The translations under genes were made by a program, and so were the position numbers. The notes under the pieces were generated by a model that saw only the letters and a list, made by a program, of their open reading frames with translations, was not told the origin of the DNA and made no database searches. Source: Vicugna vicugna (Eukaryota). From it: 39,584 bases of DNA. Positions 21,241 to 34,495 of this stretch are shown piece after piece. The stretch spans positions 1-39,584 of the forward strand of contig PNXW01001564.1 of NCBI GenBank assembly GCA_013265495.1, written 5' to 3'. Each line of letters opens with the position of its first letter. Position 1 is the first letter of the stretch.

Positions 21241-24137
21241 AAAAAGAAGAAGAAGAAATAGATCATTTGAAAAGACAAATCACTAGAAGTGAAATACAAT
21301 CAGCAATAAAAAAAACTCCCTGCAAGTAAAAGTCCAGGACCAGATGGCTGCAATGGGAAGTTCTATCAAACATACAAAGAAAAGCTCATATCAATCCTTC
21401 TGATACTCTTCCAAAGATTGAAGAGGAGGGAACACTCCTAAAACCATTCTATGAAGCCACCATCACCCTGATACAAAGCCAGATAAAGATGGTACCAAAA
21501 AAGAAAATTATAGACCAATATCATAGATGATCATAAATGCAAAAATCCTCAAAAGAAATATTAGCAAACAGACTCCAACAACATATGAAAAAGAAATATT
21601 AGCAAACAGACTCCAACAACATATGAAAAAGATTATACACTATGATCAATTTCAGTTCATCCCAGAGACCCAAGGATTCAACATATGCAGATCAATCAGT
21701 GTGATACACCACATCAACAAAAGAAAGGACAAAAATCACGTGATCATCTCAATAGCTGCTGAAAAAGCATTTGATAAAATTCAATACCTATTTATGGCAA
21801 AAACTCTTACAAAAGTGGATATAGAGGTAACATATCTAAATATAATAAATGCTATATATGACAACCTTACAGCCAATGTAATACTCAGCAGTCAGATGCT
21901 GAAAGACTTCCTGCCAAAATCTGAAACAGGAAAAGAATGCCCACTCTCACCTCTTCTATTCAACCTATTATTATGAGTCCTAGCCATGGTGATCAGGCAA
22001 GAAGAAGAAGTAAAATGGATCCAGATTGGAAGAGAAGAGGTTAAACTGTCACTATATGTGAATGACAGGATGCTATATACAGAAAACCCTAAAATCTCCA
22101 CACAAAAACTAGAGCTGATAAAAGAATTCAGTGAGGTGACAGGATATAAGATTAACATATAGAAATCAGTTGCATTTCTTTACACTAACAATGAAGTAAA
22201 TAAAAAGAAAGTAAATAAACAATTTCTTTTAAAATCTCATCCAAAAAATTATAAAATACTTAGGAATAAATCTGATCAAGGAGGTGAAAGAATTGTACAT
22301 GTAGAAGTTCAAAACATTGATTAAGGAAATTAAAGATAACTTAAGCAATGGAAATATATCCCATGCTCTTGCACTGGAAGAATTAATAATGTTCAAATGG
22401 TCATACTGCCCAAAGCAATCTATAGGCTTAATGTGATCCCTGTAAAATTACCTAGAGGTTTTTCATGGAACAAGAGCAAGTAACCCAAACTTTATATGGA
22501 ATCACAAAAGACCCAGAATTGCCAAACCAATACTGAAGAAAAGGAATGAATCTTGATGAATAATCCTCCCAGACATTAAACAATACTACAGAGCTACTGT
22601 AATTCAAATGGTATAGTATTAGCACAAAAACAGATACATGGATCAATGGAACAGAATAGAGAGCCCAGAAATAAACCCACAGACTTATGGTCATTTAATC
22701 TTTGGAAAAGGAAGCAAAAATACACAATAGAGTAATGGCAGTCTCTTCAGCAAGTGGTTTTGGGAAAACTAGACAACCACATGTAAATCAATAAATTAGG
22801 ACTGTCCCTCACACTACACTCAAAAATAAACTCAAAATGGCTTTAAGACTTAATCATAAGACAAGACATTATACAACTCTTAGAAGAAAACATAGACAAA
22901 ACATTTTCTGACATAAATCTTAGCAATGTTCTCATAGGGCAATCTACCCAGTCAACAGAAATAAAAGCAAAAATAAACAAATGAGATCTAATTAATTAAA
23001 CTTATAAGCTTTGCACAGCAAATAAAACCATAAGCAAAACAAAATGACAGCCTATGAAATGAGAGAAAATATTTGCAATGATGCAAATGAAAAAGATTTA
23101 ATTTCCAGAAGATGCAAACAGCTCATACAACTTAATAACAAAACAAACAAGCAAACAGACAACCCAATCCTACAATGGGCAGAAGACCTAAACAAGCAAT
23201 TTTCCAATGAAGATGTACAAAGGGCAAATAGGCACATGAAAAAATACTCAGTATCACTAATTATCAGAGAAATGCAAGTCAAAACAATGAGCTATCAACT
23301 CACATCAGTCAGAATGGCCATCATTCAAAAATCCACAAAGAATAAATGCTGGAGAGGGTGTGGAGGAAAAGGAACCCTCCTACATTCTTGTTAGGAATGT
23401 AGTTTAGTGCAACCATTATGGAAAAAAGTATGGAGATTGCTCATAATAATGAAAATTGACTTAGCACATGATCTACCAATTCCACTCCTGAGCATACGTC
23501 CAGAGGGAACTGTAACTGAAAAAGATAGATGCATCCCAATATTCATAGCAGTGGTATTTACAATAGCCAAGAATGGAAACAATCTAAATGTCCATTGACA
23601 GAGAACTGGACAAAGAAGTTGTGGTGTATTTGTACAACAGGATAGTACTCAGTGATAAAAAATCATTAAAATAATGCCATTTGCAGCAACATAGATGGAC
23701 CTGGTGATTATCATTCTAAGTGAAGTAAGCCTGAAAGAGAAAGAAAAATACCATATGGTATCACTCATATGTGTAATCTAAAAAAAAAAAAAGAAAAGAA
23801 AAGACAAATGAAATTATTTACAAAAGAGATGCAGAATCTCAGACATAGAAAACAAATTTATGGTTACTAGGGGGTAATGGATGTGGGAAGGGATAAACCG
23901 AGGGTTTGAAATTTGCAAATACTAACTACTGTATATAAAATAGATAAACAACAGGTTTCTTCTGTATAGCACAGAGAACTATACTTAATATTTTGTAATA
24001 AACTATAATGAGAAAGAATGTGAAAACAACTATGTGTATGTATATGTATGACTGAGAAATTATGCTGCACACCAGAAATTCACATAATTTTGTAAACTGA
24101 CTATACTACAATACAAATAAAATAAAATAAAATAAAA
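21241..24137 (+). mobile_element. L1 ORF2 (Z, RT and C-terminal regions) and 3'-UTR, degenerate; right piece of the host L1
   Basis: Contains [20 protein letters not shown] and CPLSPLLFN with many stops and frameshifts. It ends in an (AAAAT)n tail at 24115-24137, and its 3'-UTR differs from the one at 20900-21200. Confidence 0.93.
21551..21631. repeat. 38-bp perfect tandem duplication inside L1 ORF2
   Basis: GAAATATTAGCAAACAGACTCCAACAACATATG occurs at 21555 and 21593. Confidence 0.95.
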
Positions 24138-24829
24138 TTAGTGTTATTTACTCTTTTCACGTGATTATGGCTGTGCTCTATCTCCCTTGGGATTGTTACT
24201 TCCCTCTTCTCTATTCTGTTTTTTCAGTTTCCTTCACTCTCCTCTCAGGCTTGGATCATAAGCTCCAGAGATCTCTCTGCTGGAATTTAATATTTATTTC
24301 TTTAGGGTTATTTGAAATTTGTGTATTCTCAGCATCTCTGTTATGCTGCATGTGTGAGTTATGTGTGATTTTATGTGCCTATTCTATTGCATTGTATGTT
24401 GTATTAGATCATGTGTACAGATATTCAGATTTAAGGACCTGCCATAGCTATATTAAAGACCTCCGGAATTAGTTTCTATATTTTCCTTCTTATATTACTT
24501 TATAATTGTCTCTTTCAAATTATAAGTCCTTATAACCTGTTTTTGCATTTCTTTTTAAGAAAAATTATTTCCTCTTGGACAAAAGTTCTGAGTTGGAATT
24601 TTGTATAGATGCTATCTGAGTCAAATTGAAACACTTAGTAAATTGCTTAGGGAAAATCTCACTGAGTATATCTGCCATACACAAAGACAATCTTTTTAAT
24701 TCATTCCAGTGCCACTTTGAATTTGAGAATTTCAAATATATACTAATTAACTGAAAATAAAGGATTCTTGTTCAAGCAACCTATGTCTTTGCTATTAATA
24801 AGTGATTTATTCTTTGATATTAGAGTGCT

Positions 24830-25093
24830 ATTTTTCCACTTAATTCCCCTAAAGTGATTGGCAGGAGAAGCCTCTGAGAATATACAATGTACTGAAAGGA
24901 TCTTATGGAAGACCTCAGTTCTCTAGAGCATGATTCCTCAGTGAATTTAATCTTAAACAAGAAGCTTTGGGAGCAAACTCTTTTAACAACTCTGAAGTGA
25001 TTTATTGTTCATTGTTGATTAAGTGCCCAACCACATCTTCCCTTACCTGGGAGATTTCTCTTTGGGTATTAATGTTACTGTCAAGGTGTAAGT
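24830..25093 (+). promoter_or_regulatory. Candidate promoter and first exon of the OR4A15-like gene
   Basis: Shares CAGTGAATTTAAT (24939-24951) with both OR4A47-like upstream blocks. It has CCTGGGAGA at ~25047 and a donor GTAAGT at 25088-25093. Confidence 0.4.
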
Positions 25094-25484
25094 GATACGC
25101 CATTACCTTAGTAGATAAAAACCATATTAAGATAGTCATATAAATGCTTTTTTAAAAAATCCAAAATAAAGCCCATTTTAAACAAGCTTTCTGCATTATT
25201 GACTAAAACTATTTTCAAAGCTTTGTTCAATTAATTTGGCCTGCTAAACATCATAATAAAGTTTTAAATTTTATCTGGAAATAAATTTTCAGTGACAGCT
25301 TTCAAATTCAATGACTTATCAACCATATCAATTGTATATTCCTGAAGACAACTCTGAATAATTCTATCATCTAAACTGTAAAATGTTTATAAAAGTTGAA
25401 GAACATGGTCATGCATTGTGCAGGGAGAGAAATGTACACTTTTGTCACAAAGTGATCAAGTGTATACTGATCTTCTCTCTGCAG

Positions 25485-25617
25485 TCATACCAGGGTTGAT
25501 AGGGTTGCAATCCTGACTTATCTTCATAGAACTAAACCTTTATCTTCAATGACCAAAGACAGAAGTGGCAAAGTCTGTATTTGGAAAAAGTCACTGAAGA
25601 GGAAACAGAAAACCCAG
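25485..25617 (+). other. Candidate non-coding 5'-UTR exon
   Basis: Branch-like CTGAT followed by a TCTTCTCTCTGCAG acceptor (AG at 25483-25484) and a CAG|GTAACA donor at 25618. Confidence 0.4.
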
Positions 25618-26089
25618 GTAACATATTTCCAAAAACTCTTCCCTGCTATGAGAACAGAGAAAATAGACTTATTTGAAATTAATTATGTGTCTTTCTTAAG
25701 AAGCAGGTTTGATCATATGACCTCAAATATTTTGTAGCTGAAGCTCCAGGAATAATATAATGCATGCATTTTCTCCATTTTGTAAAATATTATTGGAATA
25801 AGTACAATGACAATAATTATCTCCAATGTTCTTTATTCAAACCCTTTACATGCCTACTGAGCTATGCATTTCAGAAAGCACATAGCAAAACATAACAACA
25901 TAACATGCCATCTATATAGTATTCACAATAACTTTTTTTAGATTTCATTGTACAATTTAGAGACTTCAACACTGTTTTGTGTTTTAATATATTTAAAATA
26001 ATGGAAACAGTATAGCTCTTTATAAATTTTTAACTTGTACATGGTATCTTTAAATGTTCCAGTTACCTGTACAGATTTTATTAATTGAT

Positions 26090-26570
26090 CATTTTTATTG
26101 TGGTAAACTATACATAACACATTATTGTGTGTCCATCTCCTTCTCCATCTCCAGAAGTTTATCATCATCTCAAGCTGAAACTCTGTACCCATTAAACAGT
26201 AACCGTCCATCTCCTCCATCCCTCCAGTCCTCGGTAACCACTGTTGTACTTTCTGTCTCTTAGAATATGACTATTCCAGGTACCTCATAAAAGAGAAATC
26301 ATAAAATATTTTCCTTTTTGTTTCTGGCTTATTACACTTATCATACTCTCATCAAGGTTCATCCATGTTATAGCATATATCAGAATTCCCTCCTGTTTAA
26401 GGTGACTAATATTCCACTGTCTGTATATACCACAATTTGTTTATACATTCATTAGTTGTTGGCCATTTGGGTTATTCCCACCTTTTGGCTATTGTGAGTA
26501 ATTCTACGATGAACATTGTTGTACAAATATGTGTTAGAGTCTCTGCTTCCTATTCTTTTGTATATAAACT
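26090..26570 (-). mobile_element. Old L1 (L1MB-like) 3'-end fragment
   Basis: Typical text CTGAAACTCTGTACCCATTAAAC...GGTTCATCCATGTT.TAGCAT.TATCAGAATT. Confidence 0.8.
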
Positions 26571-29489
26571 TCCAATAACACTTGTATACATAAACTAATA
26601 GTTTCTTATTACAAAGGTAAACTCAAAGTCTACAAGGTGAAAACTTGAGTTCAGAGATATTTCGTTACTTTTTAGATTCATTGGCCTATACTAATACCTT
26701 ATTGGAAAGTGAATTGTAGTATCTGTGGAAATAGAATTCATGAATTTTGCTAGATACAGCATTTACAGGCTCAGATAAAATGCCAATATCTATTTCTGTT
26801 TGTGGGTTTATTACATGTATCTTTTCTCATTTTTAGGACCTTAAAATATTGTAAATGAAACAGAACACATCACATTAGGCCCTCAGCTGACCTCTGAATT
26901 TATGGAAAGAAGATCACTCAGATTAAGTTTAGTTTTAATGATACTTTTCAAAGAAGAGAATGTGATTTGGAGAAAGACAGACAAGGGAATTTCCACACAT
27001 TAATGTAAAGGTTGAAAAGAGGACAGTTTCCAGAATTGCATATGGTAATGACACAGTCAATCCATCCATCACTCAGGGAATGACCCTTTGGATAACTAGA
27101 CAAAAGAATAGATTTGGGGGAAAACGTACATAAAAATTAATTGTAGAGATGGGACAGTGAAGTTACATGGGGAAAGAAATACCAGTAAATCATATCTTAA
27201 TTTACTTAATGCTTACTATTTGTCAATTTTGGAGAGTTTTATTAGCATTATCTTGTTGAACCCTTTAAACCATTTGGTGTTAAATGCTATGTTAAGACTC
27301 ATTATAGAGATGAGGCTGAGTACTTTATCCAGGTCACACAGTTAGTGAGTCTGGATTCTGAGGCTCAAATTCCAAACTATAATAAAGTACACTGCAGTCA
27401 TCCAGGGCCATCCATGCAAAATTATAAAACAATATCAAACAAAACCAACTATATATGAGATAGGCAATGCATTGTCTCTGATAATTGTCATATTGTTTTT
27501 GTCCCCAAAGTCTGTTCAGCCATATTCAGGTTTAGAAATAACATTTTTCCTTTACTATAAAGAAATTGATTTAGAAAATGTGGTATTTTTTTAATTTATA
27601 TTTTTTAAAAAATATGATGAGCTGTTTAGGTGTTTATTAGGACCTCAAAATTTTTGCTGCATCATTTTTGGGCCACTGTTCAATCATTAGGAAAAAGCTA
27701 TTGGTTACATGGGAAATAAGTATAGAGACTGTTAAACAGAAACACATTTAGGTATGAATTGTGATCATATGTTCCAAATGGATCTAGACTGTAACAATAT
27801 TTCAGGGTCTATAATTTTCAAAATTTTTCTAATCAAAAGTTTTTTCCAAAGTATTTTACATCTTGCACACCACATAAAAGGTTTGCTTTCCATCTTATGT
27901 TGTTGAATTTGGCAGAGTGTAGATCTATTTAGTTTATCTTATTTTATATATCATTGTGAGATAATTATCATAGATTTATATTTTTTGAGCATTCTTTAAA
28001 GATTTTATTTGTTCTCATTGAAAATGTTAAGAAATGGAAGAATCTCACAAATGTTTGAGAGATATATTTATCCTTAATAAAGTACAATATTGATAAAGTA
28101 TAGAAATTTTTAGCATTCTGAGTCAAATTAATAGTTTTGAACAGTTTAGAATAAAAATCATGTTCATAAGGACATTTAATAGTCAAATATTTGTCAATCC
28201 CTTAAAATATTTGTCAATCAATTAAAATACACTCATAGATTCTAGAGATATAATTATTGATAAGATATGGTTATTGTCCCAACAGGTGATAGAAGAAAAT
28301 CAGCTATAAACACATAAGTATTGTAAGTGTGCAATAGGTCAGGGATTTAGACTCTTCTATTAGAAGTTACTTCTTGAATCCTCAGACAACTCCTCTGAAC
28401 TGTATTTATCTTCCATTACAAGCGCAGATGTAGTGTCCTCATTGTGAGTGGAGATATTGAATTATGTATCATGCAGTGAAATGCCAGAGTTCAGAAGATG
28501 GCATTCCTTTAGGCAGCTGGTTTTGTCTACTTACACATCTTAAAGCTGAGAATTTGATTTCCTCATTTTTCTTCACTCTGGAAGTATAAAGATTCTGAGA
28601 GGCAAGTCCTGGTGCTGATGCTGAGTTACCCTCCAGTCCACCTCCAGCTTGACAGTTCAGGAAATTCAAAATTCCTCCACTCCTAACTCATTCAATACCT
28701 CCAAACCAAACTGTGTACCGATTTCAGAGCATATTTTATTCAGCTTACAATCTTTGACATTTTCTATCTGCCTTATCTCGGTCATCTCTTATTTTCTCTC
28801 CTCTATGTACAAATTGGTTTGTGAGAGGCACAAAGAATAGAAAAATCCCCTGCCATTCACAAATGACAATCTATAAATGTAGACACTGAAATGAAGTGCT
28901 TTTGAGATATTTCTGCCAAAATGAAGTTATTCACATTACATGTAAAATTGGCCCTGGATCATATTGGAAAGGCCCAAGAGATGATTTATTTTCTGCAAGT
29001 GAGAATGAATGTCCTAAATTCCACACAGACTCAGATAACCAAGAACTTAAAATATGAACAATATAACTAGTCTAATCTACTCATAACTCTAATAATCAAA
29101 CAAACTTTAATGCAAACTAATTCACCCTGATTAATACAAAGAGAGTCTACCAGCAGAAGTGTTAAAATGCAATTTAAGATAAAGGTTTCTATGAAAAGAT
29201 TTCAGAAACACATCTGAAAGATAATCAACTTTTCTATAAGAATGAGTTGGGATGTGATTTTCCCAAGATGACTGAGCCAGATCAACGTATATATTTCTAG
29301 ATTTTTGGTATAGAATTCTTTCTAATATACCATGATTCTGCCTAAAATTTTATTTTGGCATTCTTAATTAAGCTCTGCTTAGCATTAATTGATTCTAAAC
29401 AATTTTGGAAAGTAGGAAAATGTGAATACAGTATCAATCACTTAGGTATACCTTGTCCATTTATTCTCCAATAATATGGATTGTAGTAA

Positions 29490-29494
<5 letters not shown>

Positions 29495-29523
<29 letters not shown>
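29495..29523. repeat. (TG)n microsatellite
   Basis: Read directly from the sequence. Confidence 0.95.
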
Positions 29524-29525
<2 letters not shown>

Positions 29526-30232
29526 ACATTTTCAAACAAAACATTGCTTTCATTGTACCTTTCTTGGTTGGGAAGAATTTTATACATTATCTGTATTCAA
29601 TTGTTCTCTTAAGAGTTTTGAAATTCAGTTTAATTAAACAGAGTTTAATAAGCATTTAATGAATACTCATAATGTGCCTGGTTCTCTCACACTGTGGGTG
29701 ACTTATTCCTCAATTTTTGGCACTCATAGTAATTCAGAGAGATAGTTATCTAAATGTAAGCCTATAGTTTTATGCTCCATGCCTAGGTATTACTTTATGT
29801 AAATATAGAAATCAAGTTATTAGAGATGAGATTGTTTTCATGGTGGCCCTCAGAAGCCAAAATGTGTTCAGGAAAAATAGAAATGGTATGTAAAGTCAAA
29901 AGCGCCATCTTTGTGAGAGAGAATCTGGAGAAAGCAGCTTTCTTATTGTTTGGGGTGTGTGTGTGTGTGTATCTCAGATATGCTCACTCACATATGTTTC
30001 CCAGTTAGAGTACTGACATCTCACACTAGGGTTGAAGCGAGGAATTTGTGATATTGAGTGGAGTGCTTGTGGGAGGAGAGTCCAAAGTCTCATTTCTAAA
30101 GAGTTACTCTGTGTGAGCCCTCATGGAGCAAACACTGTGGAGTAAGGCATCACATTTTTGACAGAAAGCTTGCAATCTTGTCAAAGTCATTATTGGCCCT
30201 TTTGTTTGCAGATTCAACACCTTGAGATCACC

Positions 30233-31182
30233 ATGGAAAATAAGAACAATGTGACTGAGTTTGTCCTGCTGGGGTTCACACAAAACCCTGAAATGCAAAA
30301 AGTTCTGTTTGTCCCCTTCTTACTCATCTACCTCGTGACCATAGCGGGCAACCTGCTTATCCTGGTGACCATCGCGGCCAGCCAGTCCCTGGGTTCCCCC
30401 ATGTACCTTTTAATCTGGCTTATTTATCATTTATAGACTCTGTCTATTCTACTGCCATTGCTCCCAAAATGATCACCGACTTGCTTCATGAGAAAAAGAC
30501 TATTTCCTTCCAGTCTTGTATGACTCAAGTCTTTATAGATCATCTGTTTGCTGGTGCTGAAGTCATTCTTCTGGTGGTGATGGCCTATGACCGATATGTA
30601 GCCATCTGTAAACCTCTTCATTATTTGATCATCATGAATCGGCGGGTATGTGTTCTCATGCTGCTGGGGGCCTGGACTGGAGGCTTTCTGCACTCATTGG
30701 TTCAATTTCTCTTCATTTATCAGCTCCCATTCTGTGGCCCCAATGTCATTGACAATTTCCTGTGTGATATGTACCCCTTATTGAAGATTGCTTGCACCAA
30801 CACCCACCTCATTGGACTTTCTATGATAGCTAATGGAGGGGCAATCTGCACTGTTGTCTTCTTCACTCTCTTAGTTTCCTATGGGGCCATATTACACTCC
30901 CTTAAGACTCATGGAGTGGAAGGAAATCACAAAGCCTTCTACACTTGTGCATCCCATATGATGGTGGTCATTTTATTCTTTGTTCCCTGTATCTTCCTGT
31001 ATGCAAGGCCTAATGCCAATTTTCCCATTGATAAATCCATGATGGTAGTTTTAACTTTCATAACTCCCATGTTGAACCCCTTAATCTACACCCTGAGAAA
31101 TGCAGAAATGAAAAATGCCATGAAGAAACTTTGGAGTGAAATATGTGACCTTAGGTGGAAAAGGGCTGTGTCGCTCATGTAG
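30233..31182 (+). pseudogene. OR4A15: Olfactory receptor OR4A15-like, frameshifted at the start of TM2
   Basis: Starts [14 protein letters not shown]...[10 protein letters not shown]. There are 8 nt (CTTTTAAT, 30407-30414) where FF needs 6. [43 protein letters not shown] and [12 protein letters not shown] then follow in the shifted frame. Acceptor TTTGCAG ends at 30211. The symbol rests on recalled similarity to human OR4A15. Confidence 0.9.
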
Positions 31183-32304
31183 GACATGATATTCATTCTT
31201 TTACAGAATCACAGCATACTTTAAACTATCAGTGATTGCATTTAAAACATCATTTCCTTTGGGTTATTTAGCCTATTTGTTCTGAGACAGCTATTAAATT
31301 AATCTTTTTGTAAGTGGAATATTTTATAGTTCTTAAGACCAAGAGAATTGCATACATTTAATTTCTTATATAAGCATCCATAGTGTATTAATATTCTTTA
31401 CTGACAGCAATTTTTGGTTTTATTTTAAGTTCTTGTTCATGGGGTATGGTACTATACTGGTGTAGAGAAATACGAGCTAATAGAACTTGTTCCCTTTTAG
31501 TCTGAGAGAGTGAAATTTGAAATTTAAAATTTAGATTGTTTTAAAAATGTTTACTAACAGTAAAAATAAATGTGCCAGTCAAATTAATTAATTTACAATT
31601 TCACAGCACATGTTCACAACAGAGGATAAATCCACAAGAAATGAACTTTGTGAAATTTATGCTGTAATAGTAGGATGTGGTTGATTTTCTTTACTAATCA
31701 AGTTTTTGACTAAAAATTAAATTTTTCAACCCCTTGCTGTGCATCTAGATCAAGTGGCCTCCCCAGTAGCTGAATATATATTTAAGTCATTCATATCACA
31801 TATCTACCTACATTAAATTAAACTACTGGGTTCAAAGTTTTTTGTTTAATGCAACAAATGTTTAATATTTGGGAAACAAATTATTTTGGTTTACATAGTG
31901 AATGCCTTTCTGATTTTCTGTAAACTATGTGTTCTTGATTTAAGTGATGAATCAAAGTATCTTCTCTGTTTACAATACCTCTATGGCAGCTTTGGAGATC
32001 AAATACTGTATTACAAAGATCATTTTCAAGGCTCTGGCATTACAAGCATCTTCTCAAAATGCAACCCACAACTTAGACACTCAGGTATAAAATATGCCTT
32101 CATTTTTTTCACAGTTTATAACTGAAATCACTTAGTGCAATTAGCAATACTAATATTTGACACGTTGAATTAATGCCAACAATAGTTTTATTTATTCTTC
32201 AGTGAAGGAAATAAAAAGTACTGTAAGTCTTTTAATTAGAAAGAAATTTAATTCTTCAAAAATTGTTAGATTTGAAGGAGCTGACAGCTGGATTTGAAGA
32301 TGTT

Positions 32305-32721
32305 CAATAGAGGGAGCATGGTTGGTATTAAGGATTCACCACCTGTGCTGTATGTAGGGATGAGGAAGCTGGACTCAGGGTAAAATGTCTCTGCATGCAC
32401 TTCTCAAATTCCTTTTCTGCTCTGAGTATAAAGATAATTTTCATTAAATATTTTAGTTTTTTTTATATTTACATCTTTCAACCACATAGGGCATACATTT
32501 TTAGGCACAGTACAATAGAGGGAGCATGGTTGGGATTAAGGATTCACCACCTGTGCTGTATGTAGGGATGAGGAAGCTGGACTCAGGGTAAAATGACTCT
32601 GCATGCACTTCTCAAATTCCTTATCTGCTCTGAGTATAATGATAATTTTCATTAAATATTTTAAAGTTTTTTTTATATTTACATCTTTCAACCACATAGG
32701 GCATACATTTTTAGGCACAGT
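32305..32721. repeat. ~208-bp near-perfect tandem duplication
   Basis: 32305-32511 versus 32513-32721 differ by about 4 substitutions and a 2-nt indel. Confidence 0.97.
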
Positions 32722-32939
32722 GTGAGATGGGTATGTATGTTTCTTATAAGGGTAAATAAATTTTCCCAGTACATTTATTGAATAACAATTCTGTTTCCAA
32801 TTAGTCAGCAATGGCACTGATTCTTTCACATATAAAAATCTATATACCTGTTTTTCTATTTCTTAGCTTTCCATTTTGTTCAATTAATGTATCTACCCAT
32901 GAGCCAGTACTACTGCATCTAAATGACGGCAGTGTTACA

Positions 32940-33190
32940 GACACCACTGCCATATTAAAAAAAAAAATCACCTCAAAATTTAGTGATTTAAAACACCAAC
33001 ATTCACTTTATTTCAGATGGTTTCAGTGGGTCAGAAATTTGATCAGTTCAGTTAGGACTTCGGTCACAGCATGTCTGAGAAGCTTGCGGTTAGAAATTGG
33101 CCGAGACAGAAGTCATCTGAAAAGTTCCTTCACTCATATGCCTGTCATACAGGCTGGAAAGCCTTGAGCAGCAGGGCCTGGACTAGTTTG
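32940..33190 (-). mobile_element. Ancient LTR fragment (MaLR/ERVL type)
   Basis: Recalled motif pattern CAAAATTTAGTGATTTAAAACA...GTGGGTCAGAAATTTG...CTTCACTCATATGCCTG. Confidence 0.5.
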
Positions 33191-33198
33191 TACTCTTT

Positions 33199-34103
33199 GA
33201 GATAATAAGAGTGAGGCTCTAACCCAATAGAACTGGTGTTCTGATAAGAAATGGAAAGCACACCAGAGCTTGCTCTCTGATGTTTGATTAGAGGTAAGGC
33301 CATACTGCTACTGAAAAATTGGCCCCCATCCCTAATGCGCTGAACTGAAACTCAAAAGATGTGATGTTAAAGCATAGAAGAAAAGAGACAGCTTTATTAC
33401 TCTGCCAGGCAAAGGGGCCTCACAGCAGGCTAGTGCCTTGCAAACTGTGAACCCCTCTTGGGGATGGGGCAGGGTGATGATATAGCCATAGCTCAAACAA
33501 TAAAGCATCGATAACCATCAACAGAATTATTTTCTTCTCTTAAGATTCAGAGTGGCATCATGGTGTCTCCAGGTGACCAGTTCTGTAGAGGCTAGTGGCT
33601 GTCACTCTTTCTAGCTCTTTTTTTTTTTTCCTAAGCACCCAAGGTGTGGTCTTCTTAATAATTCAGACTATTTTGTGAGGTTACAGTCCCATGACCTTCT
33701 CCCTGGAGAATGACTCAGAGACCAAGCATGACTATTACTTTTTATTACTGGAATAAATTAGAAACAGTAAAATTAATAGCTTTGTTTTAACAATGAGCCT
33801 TGAGCTATGAGTAGCAACCAGTTCAGTTAGGTTCGTTGACCATGTAAAGGACAAGCATAAGAATAAGCAATCAGTTAGCCTAAGTGTGACCATTTTATTA
33901 ATTTCCCTCCAATGTGAGGACAGAGGACAGAGAAGGTGGCCATCTTTGATCTGGGAAGGAAGTTCTCACCAGAAACCCACCCTGCAGGCTGGATGTCCAG
34001 GCTTGTTCTTGGATGTCCAGCTTCCACAATGGTGAGAAAATAAATCTGTTGTTAACCTACCCACTCTGAAGTATTTTGTTGTGAAAACCCAAGCCAACTA
34101 ATA
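33199..34103 (+). mobile_element. MLT1 (MaLR) LTR split into 33199-33305 and 33912-34103
   Basis: AGGCCA...ATGTGAGGACA...GAGAAGGTGGCCATCT...TGAGAAAATAAAT...ACTAATA matches MLT1 LTR text once the insert is removed. Confidence 0.8.
33306..33911 (-). mobile_element. Solo ERV LTR nested in the MLT1 LTR
   Basis: TG...CA termini, a reverse-strand AATAAA at ~33393-33398, and ~606 bp interrupting otherwise contiguous MLT1 sequence. Confidence 0.75.
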
Positions 34104-34109
34104 TGATGC

Positions 34110-34490
34110 TGATGGTGGTGATCAAATATAATCTACATTTGGTGAACAGTGATCTGAATTGAGTCAACAGAGTCAATTCAGAAAAATCATGGCTTCTCAT
34201 CCAATCACCAGATGTGGATAATTTCCAAACCAGAGATTTTTTTCTTTTTAATGAAGGCTACACCAGGTAATTTTGAATGAGAACTCTGTGATATCACTAC
34301 AAATAGGTGGTATGGATATTCAACCTAATCTTTCTCTGAGGGAGCTGAGACCATTTACTGGAGTAACTGTGCTCTGGGCAAATAGAGATACTCAAATATT
34401 TCTGGAGATTACTTGAGGTAGCTTCTATGCTAACACCCACTCCTGGGTGGCAGAATGCCAGTGTGGCCCACTGGTCAGAAGGCCCAACTG
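34110..34490 (+). mobile_element. ERVL/MaLR internal remnant
   Basis: GACCATTTACTGGAGTAACTGTGCTCTGGG resembles ERVL gag-pro region text as I recall it. Confidence 0.5.
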
Positions 34491-34495
34491 ATATT

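Noticed and set aside
19314..23598. Reverse-transcriptase-like ORFs as a functional RT system
   Set aside because: They are fragmented L1 ORF2 with stops and frameshifts, with no ORF1 or promoter attached.
30158..30232. N-terminal extension of the OR4A15-like ORF
   Set aside because: It begins at a TTG upstream of the acceptor at 30211. The ATG at 30233 has a good context (ACCATGG).
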